This document shows positions 18,290 through 28,074 of a stretch of 64,000 bases of DNA, one piece after another. Under the pieces are notes generated by a model. It did no database searches. It had not been told where the DNA came from and saw nothing but the letters and a program-made list of their open reading frames with translations. A program made the position numbers and the translations under genes. Position 1 is the first letter of the stretch. Each line of letters opens with the position of its first letter. The DNA is from Parcubacteria group bacterium (GTDB taxonomy: Bacteria > Patescibacteriota > Minisyncoccia > Moranbacterales > UBA11712): NCBI GenBank assembly GCA_041659065.1, contig JBAZYY010000002.1, positions 24,091 to 88,090 of the forward strand, in the 5' to 3' direction.

Positions 18290-18440
18290 TTATAATTATA
18301 CAGTTTTTATTTATAACTATATCTTTAAATCCAAATATCAAATCTCAAATGACAAACCAAGCTCAAAACTCAAAATGAAAAAATGAAATTGGGATTTTGG
18401 ATTTAATTTGAAATTTGGGCTTTGGATTTTGGATTTTCCG
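18290..18440. repeat. AT-rich palindromic intergenic element, family C
   Basis: CAAATATCAAATCTCAAATGACAAACCAAGCTCAAAA … TTTGGGCTTTGGATTTTGGATTTT. Confidence 0.55.
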
Positions 18441-19712
18441 CTAAAATCCTTCGTAATCTCGCATTATAAGCTGGGATTCAATTTGTTTCATTATTTCAAT
18501 CACCACGCTAACCACAATGAGAAGTCCCGTGCCCCCGATTGTGAGAGATTGGATGTGCGTCATTCCCTGAACAGCAAATGGCAAAACGGCTATGGCTCCC
18601 AGAAACAGCGCGCCGGAAAGAGTAATTCGATTAAGCGTGTGACTGAGATATTCCGCAGTAGCCTGTCCCGGCCGAATGCCCGGCACGAATCCACCCTGCT
18701 TTTGCAAATTTTCGGAAATATTTTTGGGGTCAAACGTGACCGCGGTGTAGAAATACGTGAAAAGGACAACCAATAAAAAATAGGCTGAACCGTAGAACCA
18801 TTGGTTCTTAAATATACTGTCCACAACGGTTGCGAAATGTGCCAGTGAGGGATTTGCCGCATTGCTTAGAAAATTCGCTATCATGCCGGGAAAAAGCATA
18901 ATAGACATGGCAAAAATTATCGGAATCACTCCGGCCTGGTTGACTCTCAGGGGCAAATGCGTCGACGTTCCGCCGTAAACCCGATTTCCCCGCACTCTCT
19001 TGGCATACGAGACTGGAATATTGCGCTGGCCCTCCGTCACAAAAACAACTGCGGCGATTACCAGAATCGCGAAAACAAGAAAACCGATGTATGTGAAAAG
19101 TTTAGTTGAATCCCAAACAACGAAAAGCTGAGATATGGAGGTCGGGAGACTGGCTACGATTCCGGCAAAGATTATTATTGATACGCCATTCCCGATATTT
19201 TTTTCCGTAATTAGTTCCCCCAGCCACATAAGAAAAACCGTCCCAGCTGTGGCTGTCACTATTATCGTCGCCATTTGAAGGCTAGTAAGATCCCCTAATA
19301 TATGCTGGGAGCGAAACAGGTTAATCATCGCGAAAGTTTGAAGGGCCGCGAGCGGTACAGTTATCCAACGTGTCCACATATTGAATTTCTGACGGCCGGC
19401 TTCGCCTTCTTCCTTATAGATCTGCTCCAAGCGAGGAACAATCATCGTAAGAAGTTGCATAATGATGGAGGCCGTAATATATGGACCGACTCCAAGCATC
19501 ACGACGGAAATGTTGCGAAGTCCGCCGCCGGAAAACATATTCAGCAGGCCAAAAAACTGATTATTTTCAAAAAAACTTCTCAGTTGATCTATGTTTACAC
19601 CGGGTACCGGAATGTTAGCCGCCACCCTAAATACAACTAAAATCCCCAGTACGAAGAGGATTTTATTTCGCAGTTCCTTTATCTTAAATATTTGGACTAA
19701 CTTTTCCCACAT
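18441..19712 (-). CDS. secY: Preprotein translocase subunit SecY
   Basis: 10-TM topology; conserved position after rplO. Confidence 0.9.
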   Translation of the reverse strand: MWEKLVQIFKIKELRNKILFVLGILVVFRVAANIPVPGVNIDQLRSFFENNQFFGLLNMFSGGGLRNISVVMLGVGPYITASIIMQLLTMIVPRLEQIYKEEGEAGRQKFNMWTRWITVPLAALQTFAMINLFRSQHILGDLTSLQMATIIVTATAGTVFLMWLGELITEKNIGNGVSIIIFAGIVASLPTSISQLFVVWDSTKLFTYIGFLVFAILVIAAVVFVTEGQRNIPVSYAKRVRGNRVYGGTSTHLPLRVNQAGVIPIIFAMSIMLFPGMIANFLSNAANPSLAHFATVVDSIFKNQWFYGSAYFLLVVLFTYFYTAVTFDPKNISENLQKQGGFVPGIRPGQATAEYLSHTLNRITLSGALFLGAIAVLPFAVQGMTHIQSLTIGGTGLLIVVSVVIEIMKQIESQLIMRDYEGF

Positions 19713-19801
19713 AGTTTTAGACTTTTGAATTTTGAATTACGAATTTGGAGAAAGAATATGAAATCTTGAATTTCGAATTCATCATTCTAAATTCCAAATT
19801 C
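19713..19801. repeat. AT-rich palindromic intergenic element (GAATTTTGAATT type)
   Basis: TTTTGAATTTTGAATTACGAATTTGG … GAATTTCGAATTCATCATTCTAAATTCCAAATTC. Confidence 0.5.
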
Positions 19802-20230
19802 TTAATTCTGCACCGCCCCCCCCGCTTTCTCTATTTTCTCTTTGGCGCTTTTCGATACCAAACATTTCTCAATAGTGAGATTCTTTTTGATCTCACCAGT
19901 TGCAAGAATTTTTACGCCTATCCTTATTTTACTAATTAATTTCTTGTCGCACAAAGTCTGAGGATTAACCACATCCGAAGCGCTAAAATATTTATCAAGT
20001 TTTTCCAGGGTGACAACTTGATTTTTAGGATAGTGAGATTTGAAACCCCTCAATTTTGGCAAGTGCTCAATCAAGGTTGAGCGACCACCTTCAAAGATCG
20101 GGTTGATGCTCACTCCGGATCGCGACTTCTGGCCTTTTACGCCCCTTCCGGAGTAAGTTCCTTTTTTTCCGCCACGGCCGATTCTTTTCCTTGATTTGGT
20201 CTTTTTAATTTTAAGTTCGTGAATTTGCAT
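19802..20230 (-). CDS. rplO: 50S ribosomal protein L15
   Basis: KRIGRGG…GRG N-terminus; spc operon position. Confidence 0.9.
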   Translation of the reverse strand: MQIHELKIKKTKSRKRIGRGGKKGTYSGRGVKGQKSRSGVSINPIFEGGRSTLIEHLPKLRGFKSHYPKNQVVTLEKLDKYFSASDVVNPQTLCDKKLISKIRIGVKILATGEIKKNLTIEKCLVSKSAKEKIEKAGGAVQN

Positions 20231-20242
20231 ATGAAAGGAAAA

Positions 20243-20740
20243 TTATATCTTAGCTATTTTTTCTTCAGCGCCTCGACTGCTCAAGGATTTTACTTCCCCG
20301 AGAGCTTTAAGGGTCGCTCTGGCGACACTTAGTTTGTTTGCCGATCCCATGGATTTCGAAACGATGTCGCGTATTCCGGCGAGTTCCACGACAGCCCGCA
20401 CCGCTCCACCAGCCACAATTCCTCGCCCTGGCTTCGCAGGTTTCAGCATGACCACCGCGCTGCCTTCCTTGGCCTTCACTTCGCAGGAAATTGTATTGTT
20501 ATGCCTCTTTATCTGAATCAAACTTTTCGTAGCGCCGTTATAGGACTTTCGGATAGCTTCGCTAACATCATTCCCTTTTGCCACCCCAACTCCGACTTTT
20601 CCATTGCGGTTTCCGATAATTAGAACCGCCCTAAAGCGAAAACGCCGGCCGCCTTTAACGACCCTGGTTACTCTCGCCAGATCCAATAATTTCTGATCAA
20701 ATTCCGGCTTTTCTCTTTTCCCAAATTTTTTCTTCGCCAT
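20243..20740 (-). CDS. rpsE: 30S ribosomal protein S5
   Basis: S5 signature (RVTRVVKGGRRFRFRA); directly upstream of rplO with no L30 gene between them. Confidence 0.9.
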   Translation of the reverse strand: MAKKKFGKREKPEFDQKLLDLARVTRVVKGGRRFRFRAVLIIGNRNGKVGVGVAKGNDVSEAIRKSYNGATKSLIQIKRHNNTISCEVKAKEGSAVVMLKPAKPGRGIVAGGAVRAVVELAGIRDIVSKSMGSANKLSVARATLKALGEVKSLSSRGAEEKIAKI

Positions 20741-20868
20741 AGTAATAAATCAAAATTCAAAAATCAAAATGCAAAATTGAGATACTCGCTTCGCTTGTTC
20801 ATTATTTAGATATTTTATCTTTCGCGAAGCGACACAATAATTTTTAACTTTTCACTTTGAACTTTTAA
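20741..20868. repeat. Intercistronic palindromic element of the r-protein operon (family B, core CGCTTCGC…GCGAAGCG)
   Basis: A-rich left arm (AAAATCAAAATGCAAAATTG), core inverted repeat, T-rich right arm (TTTTCACTTTGAACTTTT). Confidence 0.6.
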
Positions 20869-21210
20869 TTAAAGGATAAGTCCGCCTTTCCGGGCGCCAT
20901 CTGCGAGCGCCTTGACCGCTCCATGATATTTTCTTCCGCGCCTATCGAAAACTACCTCTTTTATTCCTTTAGCCAAAGCTATTTTAGCGATTTCCTCTCC
21001 TAAAACCCCGGCTATGACTTGAGCACCCTCAGCTTTCTTAATCTTTCGGCTATCCAAGGAAAGTAAGGTTTTATTGCTCGCATCATCAATTATTTGGGCA
21101 TAAATAATCCTGAGGCTTTTTGTCACAGCCAATCTTGGGCGAACATCGGTTCCTGCGACCTTAGCCCTTACCCTTTTTATTCTTCTTTTCCTTAAAATAT
21201 TCTTATTCAT
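20869..21210 (-). CDS. rplR: 50S ribosomal protein L18
   Basis: L18 family features; operon position. Confidence 0.85.
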   Translation of the reverse strand: MNKNILRKRRIKRVRAKVAGTDVRPRLAVTKSLRIIYAQIIDDASNKTLLSLDSRKIKKAEGAQVIAGVLGEEIAKIALAKGIKEVVFDRRGRKYHGAVKALADGARKGGLIL

Positions 21211-21232
21211 AAAATCTCCCTTTTATTTACGC

Positions 21233-21781
21233 TTATTTATCTGCGCCAACTGCTTTCTTTCCCGCTTTTTTTCTAACTATTTCTCCTACATAGCGAAAGC
21301 CTTTGCCTTTATACGGTTCTACTTTTTTAAGGGCGCGCACAACCGCTGCGAATTGCCCGACCTTTTGCTTGTCTATTCCGGAGACAGTTAAAATATTTTT
21401 TTCTATAGCCGCTTCCAGACCTTCCGGGATATCCATTTTGACCGGGTGTGAAAATCCGAGCGCCAGATCTATCGTTTTTCCCTGAATTGCCATTCGATAT
21501 CCTACCCCCTGGAGTTCCAGTTTCTTCTCAAACCCTTGAGTGACGCCGGTAATCATATTTGCAATCAGCATTCTGGTAAGTCCCCACAAAGCTCTTGATT
21601 GCTTATCAGTCCTTTTGCCTATGTTGACTTTAATCTCCTTATCCTCCTGGCCTACTGATACTTCACGGCGTGCTTCAAAATCCAGCGATCCTTTCGGCCC
21701 TTTAACGGTTATTTTTTGTCCGGCGATGGAGATTTCCACACCATCCGGAACTGCGATTGGTTTTTTCCCGATTCTACTCAT
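21233..21781 (-). CDS. rplF: 50S ribosomal protein L6
   Basis: SRIGKKPI…VEI…KGPKG L6 start. Confidence 0.9.
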   Translation of the reverse strand: MSRIGKKPIAVPDGVEISIAGQKITVKGPKGSLDFEARREVSVGQEDKEIKVNIGKRTDKQSRALWGLTRMLIANMITGVTQGFEKKLELQGVGYRMAIQGKTIDLALGFSHPVKMDIPEGLEAAIEKNILTVSGIDKQKVGQFAAVVRALKKVEPYKGKGFRYVGEIVRKKAGKKAVGADK

Positions 21782-21785
21782 ACTA

Positions 21786-22190
21786 TTACCAAATTTGACA
21801 AATTAATTCACCGCCGAGTCCTGATTTTCTGGCTTCATCGTCCGTCATGAGCCCTTTCGAAGTCGAGATTATTGAAAATCCATACCCGCTTTTTACCCGA
21901 GGGATCTTGTTTTTTTTGACATAAATCCGCTGTCCTTCGCGGCTTACTCGCTGCAGATCGTTAATAAACGGATTAGCAGTTCCGTTCGCTGAACTTGAAA
22001 ATTTCAAGACAATCTTGATGTTCCTGCGCTCACTGGATTCGTCAGTAGAAATATTTTGGATAAAACCCCTATTTCTCAAGATTTCGCCGATTTGCATCTT
22101 TAATTTGGAATGCGGAATAAGCACCTCCGGGTGGCCTGCCCTTGAAGCGTTTCTAACTCTTGTCAACATGTCGCTAATTGGATCCAACAT
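21786..22190 (-). CDS. rpsH: 30S ribosomal protein S8
   Basis: DPISDMLTRVRNA S8 start. Confidence 0.9.
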   Translation of the reverse strand: MLDPISDMLTRVRNASRAGHPEVLIPHSKLKMQIGEILRNRGFIQNISTDESSERRNIKIVLKFSSSANGTANPFINDLQRVSREGQRIYVKKNKIPRVKSGYGFSIISTSKGLMTDDEARKSGLGGELICQIW

Positions 22191-22326
22191 ATCTATTGTA
22201 ATTGAAAAATGTAAAATGAAAATTGAAAAGTTTTGGTGTCACTTCGCGACTTTTTTAAAAAATAGTTACGAGCGAAGCGAGTTCCTTAATTTTTACTTTT
22301 TCATTTTTAACTTTTAATTTTTATGA
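22191..22326. repeat. Intercistronic palindromic element (family B)
   Basis: AAAATGTAAAATGAAAATTG…CACTTCGCGAC…GAGCGAAGCGAG…TTTTTCATTTTTAACTTTT. Confidence 0.6.
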
Positions 22327-22512
22327 TCACCAGCTTGATTTTCTAACCCCCGGGATCTCACCCTGGCTGGCAAGTTCCCTGAAGCAAATTCGGCAAAGCT
22401 TGAAATCTCTCATATACGACCTTTTTCTTCCGCAACGCCAACAACGCCGAACTATTCGGCTTGAAAACTTTGGTTTTTTTCTGGCTCTTGCCTCAACTGA
22501 AGTCTTTGCCAT
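22327..22512 (-). CDS. rpsN: 30S ribosomal protein S14, type Z (zinc-binding)
   Basis: 61 aa; CWRCGR…CRIC Cys4. Confidence 0.9.
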   Translation of the reverse strand: MAKTSVEARARKKPKFSSRIVRRCWRCGRKRSYMRDFKLCRICFRELASQGEIPGVRKSSW

Positions 22513-22593
22513 TTCTAAATATTATTATGACTTATGAGTTGCGGATTGATCGAACTTCTAAATTCCATTAATCCGCAGCCCCTACTCCATATC

Positions 22594-23148
22594 TTACTTT
22601 TCCGAAAGTGCGAGAGGAAATCCCAACAGTCTATAGAGTTCCGTTCCTTCTTCTTTGGTCTTTCCGCTGTTTACGATATTGATTTGCAGACTGAAAATAT
22701 TTTTTACGTTTTCCGGCACAATCTCGGGAAAAACCGTATGTTCCTTAACGACTACGCAGATATTACCTTGATTATCAAAGCACTTTTCATCAATTCCTCG
22801 GAAGTCTCTCACCCTAGGAAGGGCGGAAAAAACCAGTCTTTCCATAAATTGCCACATTCTGATTCCTCTCAAAGTTACTGCCACTCCGACCTCTTGTCCC
22901 TGCCTGATCTTAAAACCGGCAATTGATTTTTTGGCTTTTGTTTGAACCGGCTTCTGCCCGGAAATTGTTCTCAGGTTTTCAACTATTTCATCAACCGCTT
23001 CTTTTTCCTTTAGAAATTTCCCAACTCCAATATTTATCGAGATTTTCGATATCCTGGGAATTGCCATAACATTCTTATAGCCGAACTTTTCTTTCAGCTT
23101 TGGCAAGACCTCTTTATCGTATTTTTCCATTAATATGCTTTTTTTCAT
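22594..23148 (-). CDS. rplE: 50S ribosomal protein L5
   Basis: L5 family N-terminus and length. Confidence 0.9.
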   Translation of the reverse strand: MKKSILMEKYDKEVLPKLKEKFGYKNVMAIPRISKISINIGVGKFLKEKEAVDEIVENLRTISGQKPVQTKAKKSIAGFKIRQGQEVGVAVTLRGIRMWQFMERLVFSALPRVRDFRGIDEKCFDNQGNICVVVKEHTVFPEIVPENVKNIFSLQINIVNSGKTKEEGTELYRLLGFPLALSEK

Positions 23149-23498
23149 AATTCTTTATTGCATTTTTTGCAAACTCTATGCTTCTTTTCTCCAATTAATT
23201 TATATCTGGTCCTTGACGGCTTGGAACATTTGGGGCACACCAGCATCACGTTTGAAGCATCAACCGGCGCTGGAACTGAAACACGTTGCCCCTTTTCCCC
23301 TTGCCTTCTCGGCTTCACATGCTTTTTGACAAGGTTCAGCCCTTCGATAAGGACTTTCCCTTCTTTTGGAATAACGCGCAGGACTTTTCCAGTCTTTCCT
23401 CGATCCTTTCCGCTCAATATTTTTACATTGTCTCCCTTTATTATTTTCACAACTTTAAAATATTTTTTAATAACCTGATCCGCGAAGCGGAACGCCAA
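23145..23498 (-). CDS. rplX: 50S ribosomal protein L24 with C-terminal Cys4 zinc-ribbon tail
   Basis: KOW motif KILSGKDRGKTGKV; C-terminal CPKC…CKKC. Confidence 0.85.
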   Translation of the reverse strand: MAFRFADQVIKKYFKVVKIIKGDNVKILSGKDRGKTGKVLRVIPKEGKVLIEGLNLVKKHVKPRRQGEKGQRVSVPAPVDASNVMLVCPKCSKPSRTRYKLIGEKKHRVCKKCNKEL

Positions 23499-23536
23499 AA
23501 CTTTTCATTTTTCACTTTAAACTCTTAACTTCTTTT

Positions 23537-23902
23537 CTACCAGACCTCCGGTGCCAACGATACTATTTTCATATAACCCTTCTCACGAATTTCTCGCGCA
23601 ATCGGTCCGAATATACGCGTTCCTTTGGGGTCTTTCCCTTCCAGAATCACCGCTGCGTTTTCATCAAATTTAATATATGAACCATCTTTGCGCCTCAAGG
23701 CTTTCTTTTGCCTCACAATGACAGCTTTTACCACCGCTTTCTTCTTTACCATTCCTCTGGGCTCTGCTTCCTTAACAGAAGCTACCACTACATCGCCAAT
23801 CTTTGCGTATCTCCTGCGCGTGCCGCCCAGCACCTTGAAACATTCTATGATTTTGGCACCAGAGTTATCGGCTACTTTTAATTTAGTTTCAGCTTGGATC
23901 AT
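23537..23902 (-). CDS. rplN: 50S ribosomal protein L14
   Basis: [18 protein letters not shown]14 start. Confidence 0.9.
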   Translation of the reverse strand: MIQAETKLKVADNSGAKIIECFKVLGGTRRRYAKIGDVVVASVKEAEPRGMVKKKAVVKAVIVRQKKALRRKDGSYIKFDENAAVILEGKDPKGTRIFGPIAREIREKGYMKIVSLAPEVW

Positions 23903-24027
23903 GAAATCAACTCAAAACTCAAATGTAAAATGTCAAATCTTTGGTGTTCGCTTCGCTCATTTATTTTTTTAAAATTAATCGCGAAGCGATACCCTACTTT
24001 TGAGCTTTGACTTTTGAATTTTAATAT
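23903..24027. repeat. Intercistronic palindromic element (family B), near-identical to 24913-25038
   Basis: AAAACTCAAATGTAAAATGTCAAATC…TTCGCTTCGCTCAT…ATCGCGAAGCGATACC…TTTTGAGCTTTGACTTTTGAATTTT. Confidence 0.65.
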
Positions 24028-24285
24028 TTACTCGTATATTACTTTCCACTTCTTATCCTTACTAATCGGTTTCGTTTCGGTAATCGCCACTTTGTCTCCA
24101 ACTTTAAAGGTATTCTCCGGATCGTGCGCCTTATACCGTTTCGTTGAAATATATCTTTTCAGGTATTTTGGATGCACCTTCATCTCACTGACGTCAACCA
24201 CTACGGTCTTATCCATCTTGTCGCTCGACACGATACCCTCGATAAGCCTTTTCTTCTTTGAATTGTTTTCTTTAATCTGTTTCAT
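24028..24285 (-). CDS. rpsQ: 30S ribosomal protein S17
   Basis: S17 OB-fold signature; operon position. Confidence 0.9.
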   Translation of the reverse strand: MKQIKENNSKKKRLIEGIVSSDKMDKTVVVDVSEMKVHPKYLKRYISTKRYKAHDPENTFKVGDKVAITETKPISKDKKWKVIYE

Positions 24286-24293
24286 AATAAATA

Positions 24294-24494
24294 TTATTTA
24301 TCCGGATTTCTTTGCTTCTCTCCGAGTATCGTTAAAATTTGCGCTACTTCCTTTTTCATCTTTCTGATATCGCGATGATTTTTTACTTGTTTAGCGGAAA
24401 TATCAAACCTCATCTTGGTCAACTTATTTCGAAGATCCAATAAATCTTTTTTGAGCTCATTATCACCCTTTGTCTTCAGTTCTTTCGTCTTCAT
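24294..24494 (-). CDS. rpmC: 50S ribosomal protein L29
   Basis: 66-aa helical protein; operon position. Confidence 0.85.
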   Translation of the reverse strand: MKTKELKTKGDNELKKDLLDLRNKLTKMRFDISAKQVKNHRDIRKMKKEVAQILTILGEKQRNPDK

Positions 24495-24504
24495 AATGTT
24501 ATCC

Positions 24505-24912
24505 TTATCTTTCTTCTACTTTAGTCTTGACACTTAATTTAGCCGCGGCCAGTTTTAAGGCCTGGCGCGCAATAGTCGGCGTTACTCCATCCATTTCAAA
24601 CATAATCCTTCCCGGCTTCACAACTGCCACAAAATGATCGACCGATCCCTTGCCTTTACCCATAGGAGTTTCATCTCCCTTTTTCGTCATAGGTTTATCG
24701 GGAAAAATTCTTATCCATATCTTTCCGCCCCGCTGGACATACCGAGTAATCGCGCGGCGCGCAGCTTCAATTTGCCTTGCGGAAATGAGACCGCATTCCA
24801 TAGCCTTCAATCCAAAGCTTCCAAAACTCAACTCGCCTCCTCTTTTGGAATTGCCGGTCAGCTTTCCGCCCCGCTGGTGCTTTCTGAATTTTACCTTTTT
24901 TGGCATCAACAT
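24505..24912 (-). CDS. rplP: 50S ribosomal protein L16
   Basis: [11 protein letters not shown]…GG L16 start. Confidence 0.9.
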   Translation of the reverse strand: MLMPKKVKFRKHQRGGKLTGNSKRGGELSFGSFGLKAMECGLISARQIEAARRAITRYVQRGGKIWIRIFPDKPMTKKGDETPMGKGKGSVDHFVAVVKPGRIMFEMDGVTPTIARQALKLAAAKLSVKTKVEER

Positions 24913-25038
24913 AAAATCAACTTAAAACTCAAATGTAAAATGTAAAATCTTTTGAGTTCGCTTCGCTCATAAAAAATTTATTAAATAAATCGCGAAGCGA
25001 TACCTTACTTTTGAGCTTTGACTTTTGAATTTTTACAT
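24913..25038. repeat. Intercistronic palindromic element (family B), ~90% identical to 23903-24027
   Basis: AAAACTCAAATGTAAAATGTAAAATC…TTCGCTTCGCTCAT…ATCGCGAAGCGATACC…TTTTGAGCTTTGACTTTTGAATTTTT. Confidence 0.65.
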
Positions 25039-25680
25039 TTATTCGAATCTGTCTCCCCGATATATCCAAACCTTAACTCCAATTACTCCATGAGTAGTTT
25101 TGGCAATAACTTTTGAAAAATCTATATCCGCCCTGAGAGTGTGGAGAGGCAGGGTTCCTTTCGAAACCCACTCTGTCCTCGACATATCCGCCCCGCCCAA
25201 TCGTCCGGAAATTTCTATCTTAATACCTTTTATTCTCTTGCCCTCCATTGCTTGGTCTGTTACGCCCTTGAGTATCCGCCTGAACGGAACTCTTTTTTCA
25301 AGCTGTTCCGCTACGCTTCGCCCGACAACTTCAGCATTTTCTTCCATATTTTTTATCTCTTCAACCTCTACTTTGAGATCTATTTTTCTGCTAGGAAGAA
25401 ATTTTTGCCTGATTTCCCTCTTTATATCTTCCGCGCCGGATCCGCCTCGGCCGATAATTACACCCGGTCGGGCTGATTTTATTATCACGCGTATTTTCCC
25501 GGCAGACCTTTCGATTTCAACCTCGCCGATAGCCGCATTCTTAAGCTTTTCTTTGATATATTTTCTTAAATTGACATCCTCTCTCAGCTGATTAGCATAT
25601 TCTTTCTTGCTAAACCAGCGGGATTTCCATCCCTTAATAACTGCTATTCTGAAAGCTTGTGGATTAACTTTTTGTCCCAT
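25039..25680 (-). CDS. rpsC: 30S ribosomal protein S3
   Basis: MGQKVNP start, KH domain. Confidence 0.9.
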   Translation of the reverse strand: MGQKVNPQAFRIAVIKGWKSRWFSKKEYANQLREDVNLRKYIKEKLKNAAIGEVEIERSAGKIRVIIKSARPGVIIGRGGSGAEDIKREIRQKFLPSRKIDLKVEVEEIKNMEENAEVVGRSVAEQLEKRVPFRRILKGVTDQAMEGKRIKGIKIEISGRLGGADMSRTEWVSKGTLPLHTLRADIDFSKVIAKTTHGVIGVKVWIYRGDRFE

Positions 25681-25752
25681 TTATTTCTCTGAGAATTATG
25701 AATCAATTAATAATATACCAATATCATACGGAATCCTTAGCTCACAAAGACT

Positions 25753-26349
25753 TTACATACTCTTCCTTCTGAATACCTTTTTCAGAAATCCCTTCTGTTC
25801 TCCGGCTTTTTTCTTTTCGTCTAAAAATTCTTTTTCTTCTCGCTCTTTAACAATCTCCCCGCCAGCAACGCTTCGCGTAGCGATGCGGGCAGGTTTTCTC
25901 TCTTCCTTTGCCGCTTCTTTTTCGCTTTCTTTCTTTGTCGATTCTATCTTAACTTTATCTTCCGCTTTAATTTCCTTAATCTCTTGCTTCTTTACTTGTT
26001 TTCTATCTTTTCCCTCAACTCTTTCCGCCAAAATCATTTCTACACGACTCGTCCTTTTGAGAAGAAGACTCGCTCTGCCGTAGGCTCGGGGGAGCCATCT
26101 TTTGAGTCGCGCTCCCTCGTTTACGATAACCTCTTTGACATACAGGTTATCCTTATTCAATCCGAAATTATTTTCCGCGTTGGCTACCGCGCTTTTTAGG
26201 AGTTTTTCAAAACTCGATGCGGACCCCTTGATCAAATATTTCAATTGATCTTCGGCTTTTTTCACATCCAATCCCTTTAACATATCGGCTACTAACCGAA
26301 CTTTACGCGGAGACTTCCTATAATTATTTAACTTTGCTGATACTTGCAT
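25753..26349 (-). CDS. rplV: 50S ribosomal protein L22 with ~85-aa Lys/Glu-rich C-terminal extension
   Basis: L22 core aa 1-110; tail KEERKPARIATRSVAGGEIVKEREEKE…. Confidence 0.85.
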   Translation of the reverse strand: MQVSAKLNNYRKSPRKVRLVADMLKGLDVKKAEDQLKYLIKGSASSFEKLLKSAVANAENNFGLNKDNLYVKEVIVNEGARLKRWLPRAYGRASLLLKRTSRVEMILAERVEGKDRKQVKKQEIKEIKAEDKVKIESTKKESEKEAAKEERKPARIATRSVAGGEIVKEREEKEFLDEKKKAGEQKGFLKKVFRRKSM

Positions 26350-26376
26350 AATAGTTGACCGTGAGTTTCGTGGATT

Positions 26377-26700
26377 TTACTTTTTTCCTTCCTTATTGAC
26401 AGCTGAATCTTTCTGTTTTGCCGAACTCTCAAGCTCTTTCTGCATCTTTCCGCCGTGTCGCGTAAACTTTCGAGTTGGAGAAAATTCGCCCAGTTTGTGT
26501 CCAATCATCTCTTCCGTAATAAACACCGGCGTGAATTCTCTGCCGTTGTGGACTCCAAAGGTAAAACCGACCATTTCCGGAACAATCGTAGACGGGCGTG
26601 ACCAAGTCTTAATGATAGCTTTATCACCAGGCTTCTTATCGCCAATCTTTTTTAATAATTTTTCATCCACGAATGGACCTTTCTTTAAACTTCTTGCCAT
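26377..26700 (-). CDS. rpsS: 30S ribosomal protein S19
   Basis: [12 protein letters not shown] start. Confidence 0.9.
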   Translation of the reverse strand: MARSLKKGPFVDEKLLKKIGDKKPGDKAIIKTWSRPSTIVPEMVGFTFGVHNGREFTPVFITEEMIGHKLGEFSPTRKFTRHGGKMQKELESSAKQKDSAVNKEGKK

Positions 26701-27536
26701 TATTTTTTTCGTTTGATAATAAACTTGCTGCTGTATTTATGCTTCTTTCTCGTTTTCTTTCCAAGAGCCGGCTTGCCCCACGGTGTTTTCGGATGTTTCA
26801 ATCCAATCCCTTGCTTTCCTTCCCCTCCGCCATGCGGGTGATCAACCGGATTCATTACGGTCCCTCTGACTGTAGGTCTAATACCCATCCAGCGCGAACG
26901 ACCAGCTTTACCAATAATGACTGTGTTATGCTGGGCATTCCCCACCTGACCAATCGTAGCAAAACAACTGCCACTTATCAACCGAATTTCGCCAGAGGCC
27001 AATTTTACCTGTGCTTTTCCTGCATCCACGGCCATAAGCGTAACTGACGAACCTGCGCTTCTTGCCAATTGCGCCCCTTTACTCGGGAACATTTCCACAA
27101 GGCAAATTTGGGTTCCCACCGGAATATTCTGAACTTCCATTCGGTTGCCTATTTTTATGGCTGCTTTGTGATCATTTAAAAACAGTGAGCCCGCCTTCAT
27201 GCCCTCAGACGCGATTATATACCTCTTTTCTCCATCCTTAAAATTGAGAAGGGCGATGTTGGCACTGCGATTCGGATCCCGCTCGACTCTTTCTATCGTC
27301 GCCGGAATTCCAAACTTATCCATCTTAAAATCGATTATTCGATATTTTTTCTTGTGGCCGCCGCCCTTGTGACGAACGGAAATTTTACCTTTCGACCGGC
27401 CCCCACGGCTTTTGAGGCTGCTAGTCAGGCTCCTTTCTGGTCCAGAAAAACTTTCTTCCAGTTTGTTCACTGACATTTGCCTTCTCCCAGGTGTAGTTTT
27501 TCTGTATACTTTTATCGGCATCTGAATTTCATTCAA
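26700..27536 (-). CDS. rplB: 50S ribosomal protein L2
   Basis: L2 C-terminal signature (…[29 protein letters not shown]…). Confidence 0.9.
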   Translation of the reverse strand: MNEIQMPIKVYRKTTPGRRQMSVNKLEESFSGPERSLTSSLKSRGGRSKGKISVRHKGGGHKKKYRIIDFKMDKFGIPATIERVERDPNRSANIALLNFKDGEKRYIIASEGMKAGSLFLNDHKAAIKIGNRMEVQNIPVGTQICLVEMFPSKGAQLARSAGSSVTLMAVDAGKAQVKLASGEIRLISGSCFATIGQVGNAQHNTVIIGKAGRSRWMGIRPTVRGTVMNPVDHPHGGGEGKQGIGLKHPKTPWGKPALGKKTRKKHKYSSKFIIKRKK

Positions 27537-27575
27537 AAATCAAATTATTGACGCGCAAAATGTTTGCAATTTATG

Positions 27576-28040
27576 TTATACCCCTTCGGCTAAAGCAATT
27601 GTTTCTCCCTGAGCCAGCTTTACAACCGCTTTTTTATAACCCTTTTTCCATCCGACCGTCTTTCCCTGAACTCTTTTTTTCCGGTGAATCTTGATCGTGT
27701 TCACCTCCAAAACGTTTACTCCGTAGTATCCTTCAATTGCCTGCTTTATCTGATGCTTATTGGCGTCAGGCTTCACTTTAAACACATACATATTTAGCTG
27801 GCCAAGTCCCGTGGACTTTTCGGATATAATCGGCTCCAGCAGAAATTTATAGCCCAAGTTTCCTTCTTTCTTGGCAACCTTTTTTTTAGGCGCGGCTTTC
27901 TTTTCCGGACTTTTAGCAGTTTCCTTGGGCGCGACTTCCTTCTTCATCTTTGGAGCTATCTCCTTCTTCTTGACCTCCTTGGATTCAGGCGCCGCCGGCT
28001 GCTGTTCCTTTTTTCCTAAAAATTTATTTATTATACTCAT
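27576..28040 (-). CDS. rplW: 50S ribosomal protein L23 with ~60-aa Lys/Pro-rich N-terminal extension
   Basis: L23 core from YKFLLEPIISEKS; N-terminal KKEIAPKMKKEVAPKETAKSPEKKAAPKKK. Confidence 0.85.
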   Translation of the reverse strand: MSIINKFLGKKEQQPAAPESKEVKKKEIAPKMKKEVAPKETAKSPEKKAAPKKKVAKKEGNLGYKFLLEPIISEKSTGLGQLNMYVFKVKPDANKHQIKQAIEGYYGVNVLEVNTIKIHRKKRVQGKTVGWKKGYKKAVVKLAQGETIALAEGV

Positions 28041-28074
28041 CTTTTCAAAATTTCCTAACTATATTATTTCAAAA

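Noticed and set aside
23903-25038. tRNA or other small RNA genes in the r-protein operon spacers
   Set aside because: No cloverleaf can be drawn and no T-loop/D-loop consensus is present; the sequences are simple long AU-rich palindromes.
25100-26083. Several 100-160-aa + strand ORFs inside rpsC/rplV
   Set aside because: Antisense shadow ORFs within highly conserved ribosomal-protein genes; Ser/Leu/Phe-rich low-complexity translations.
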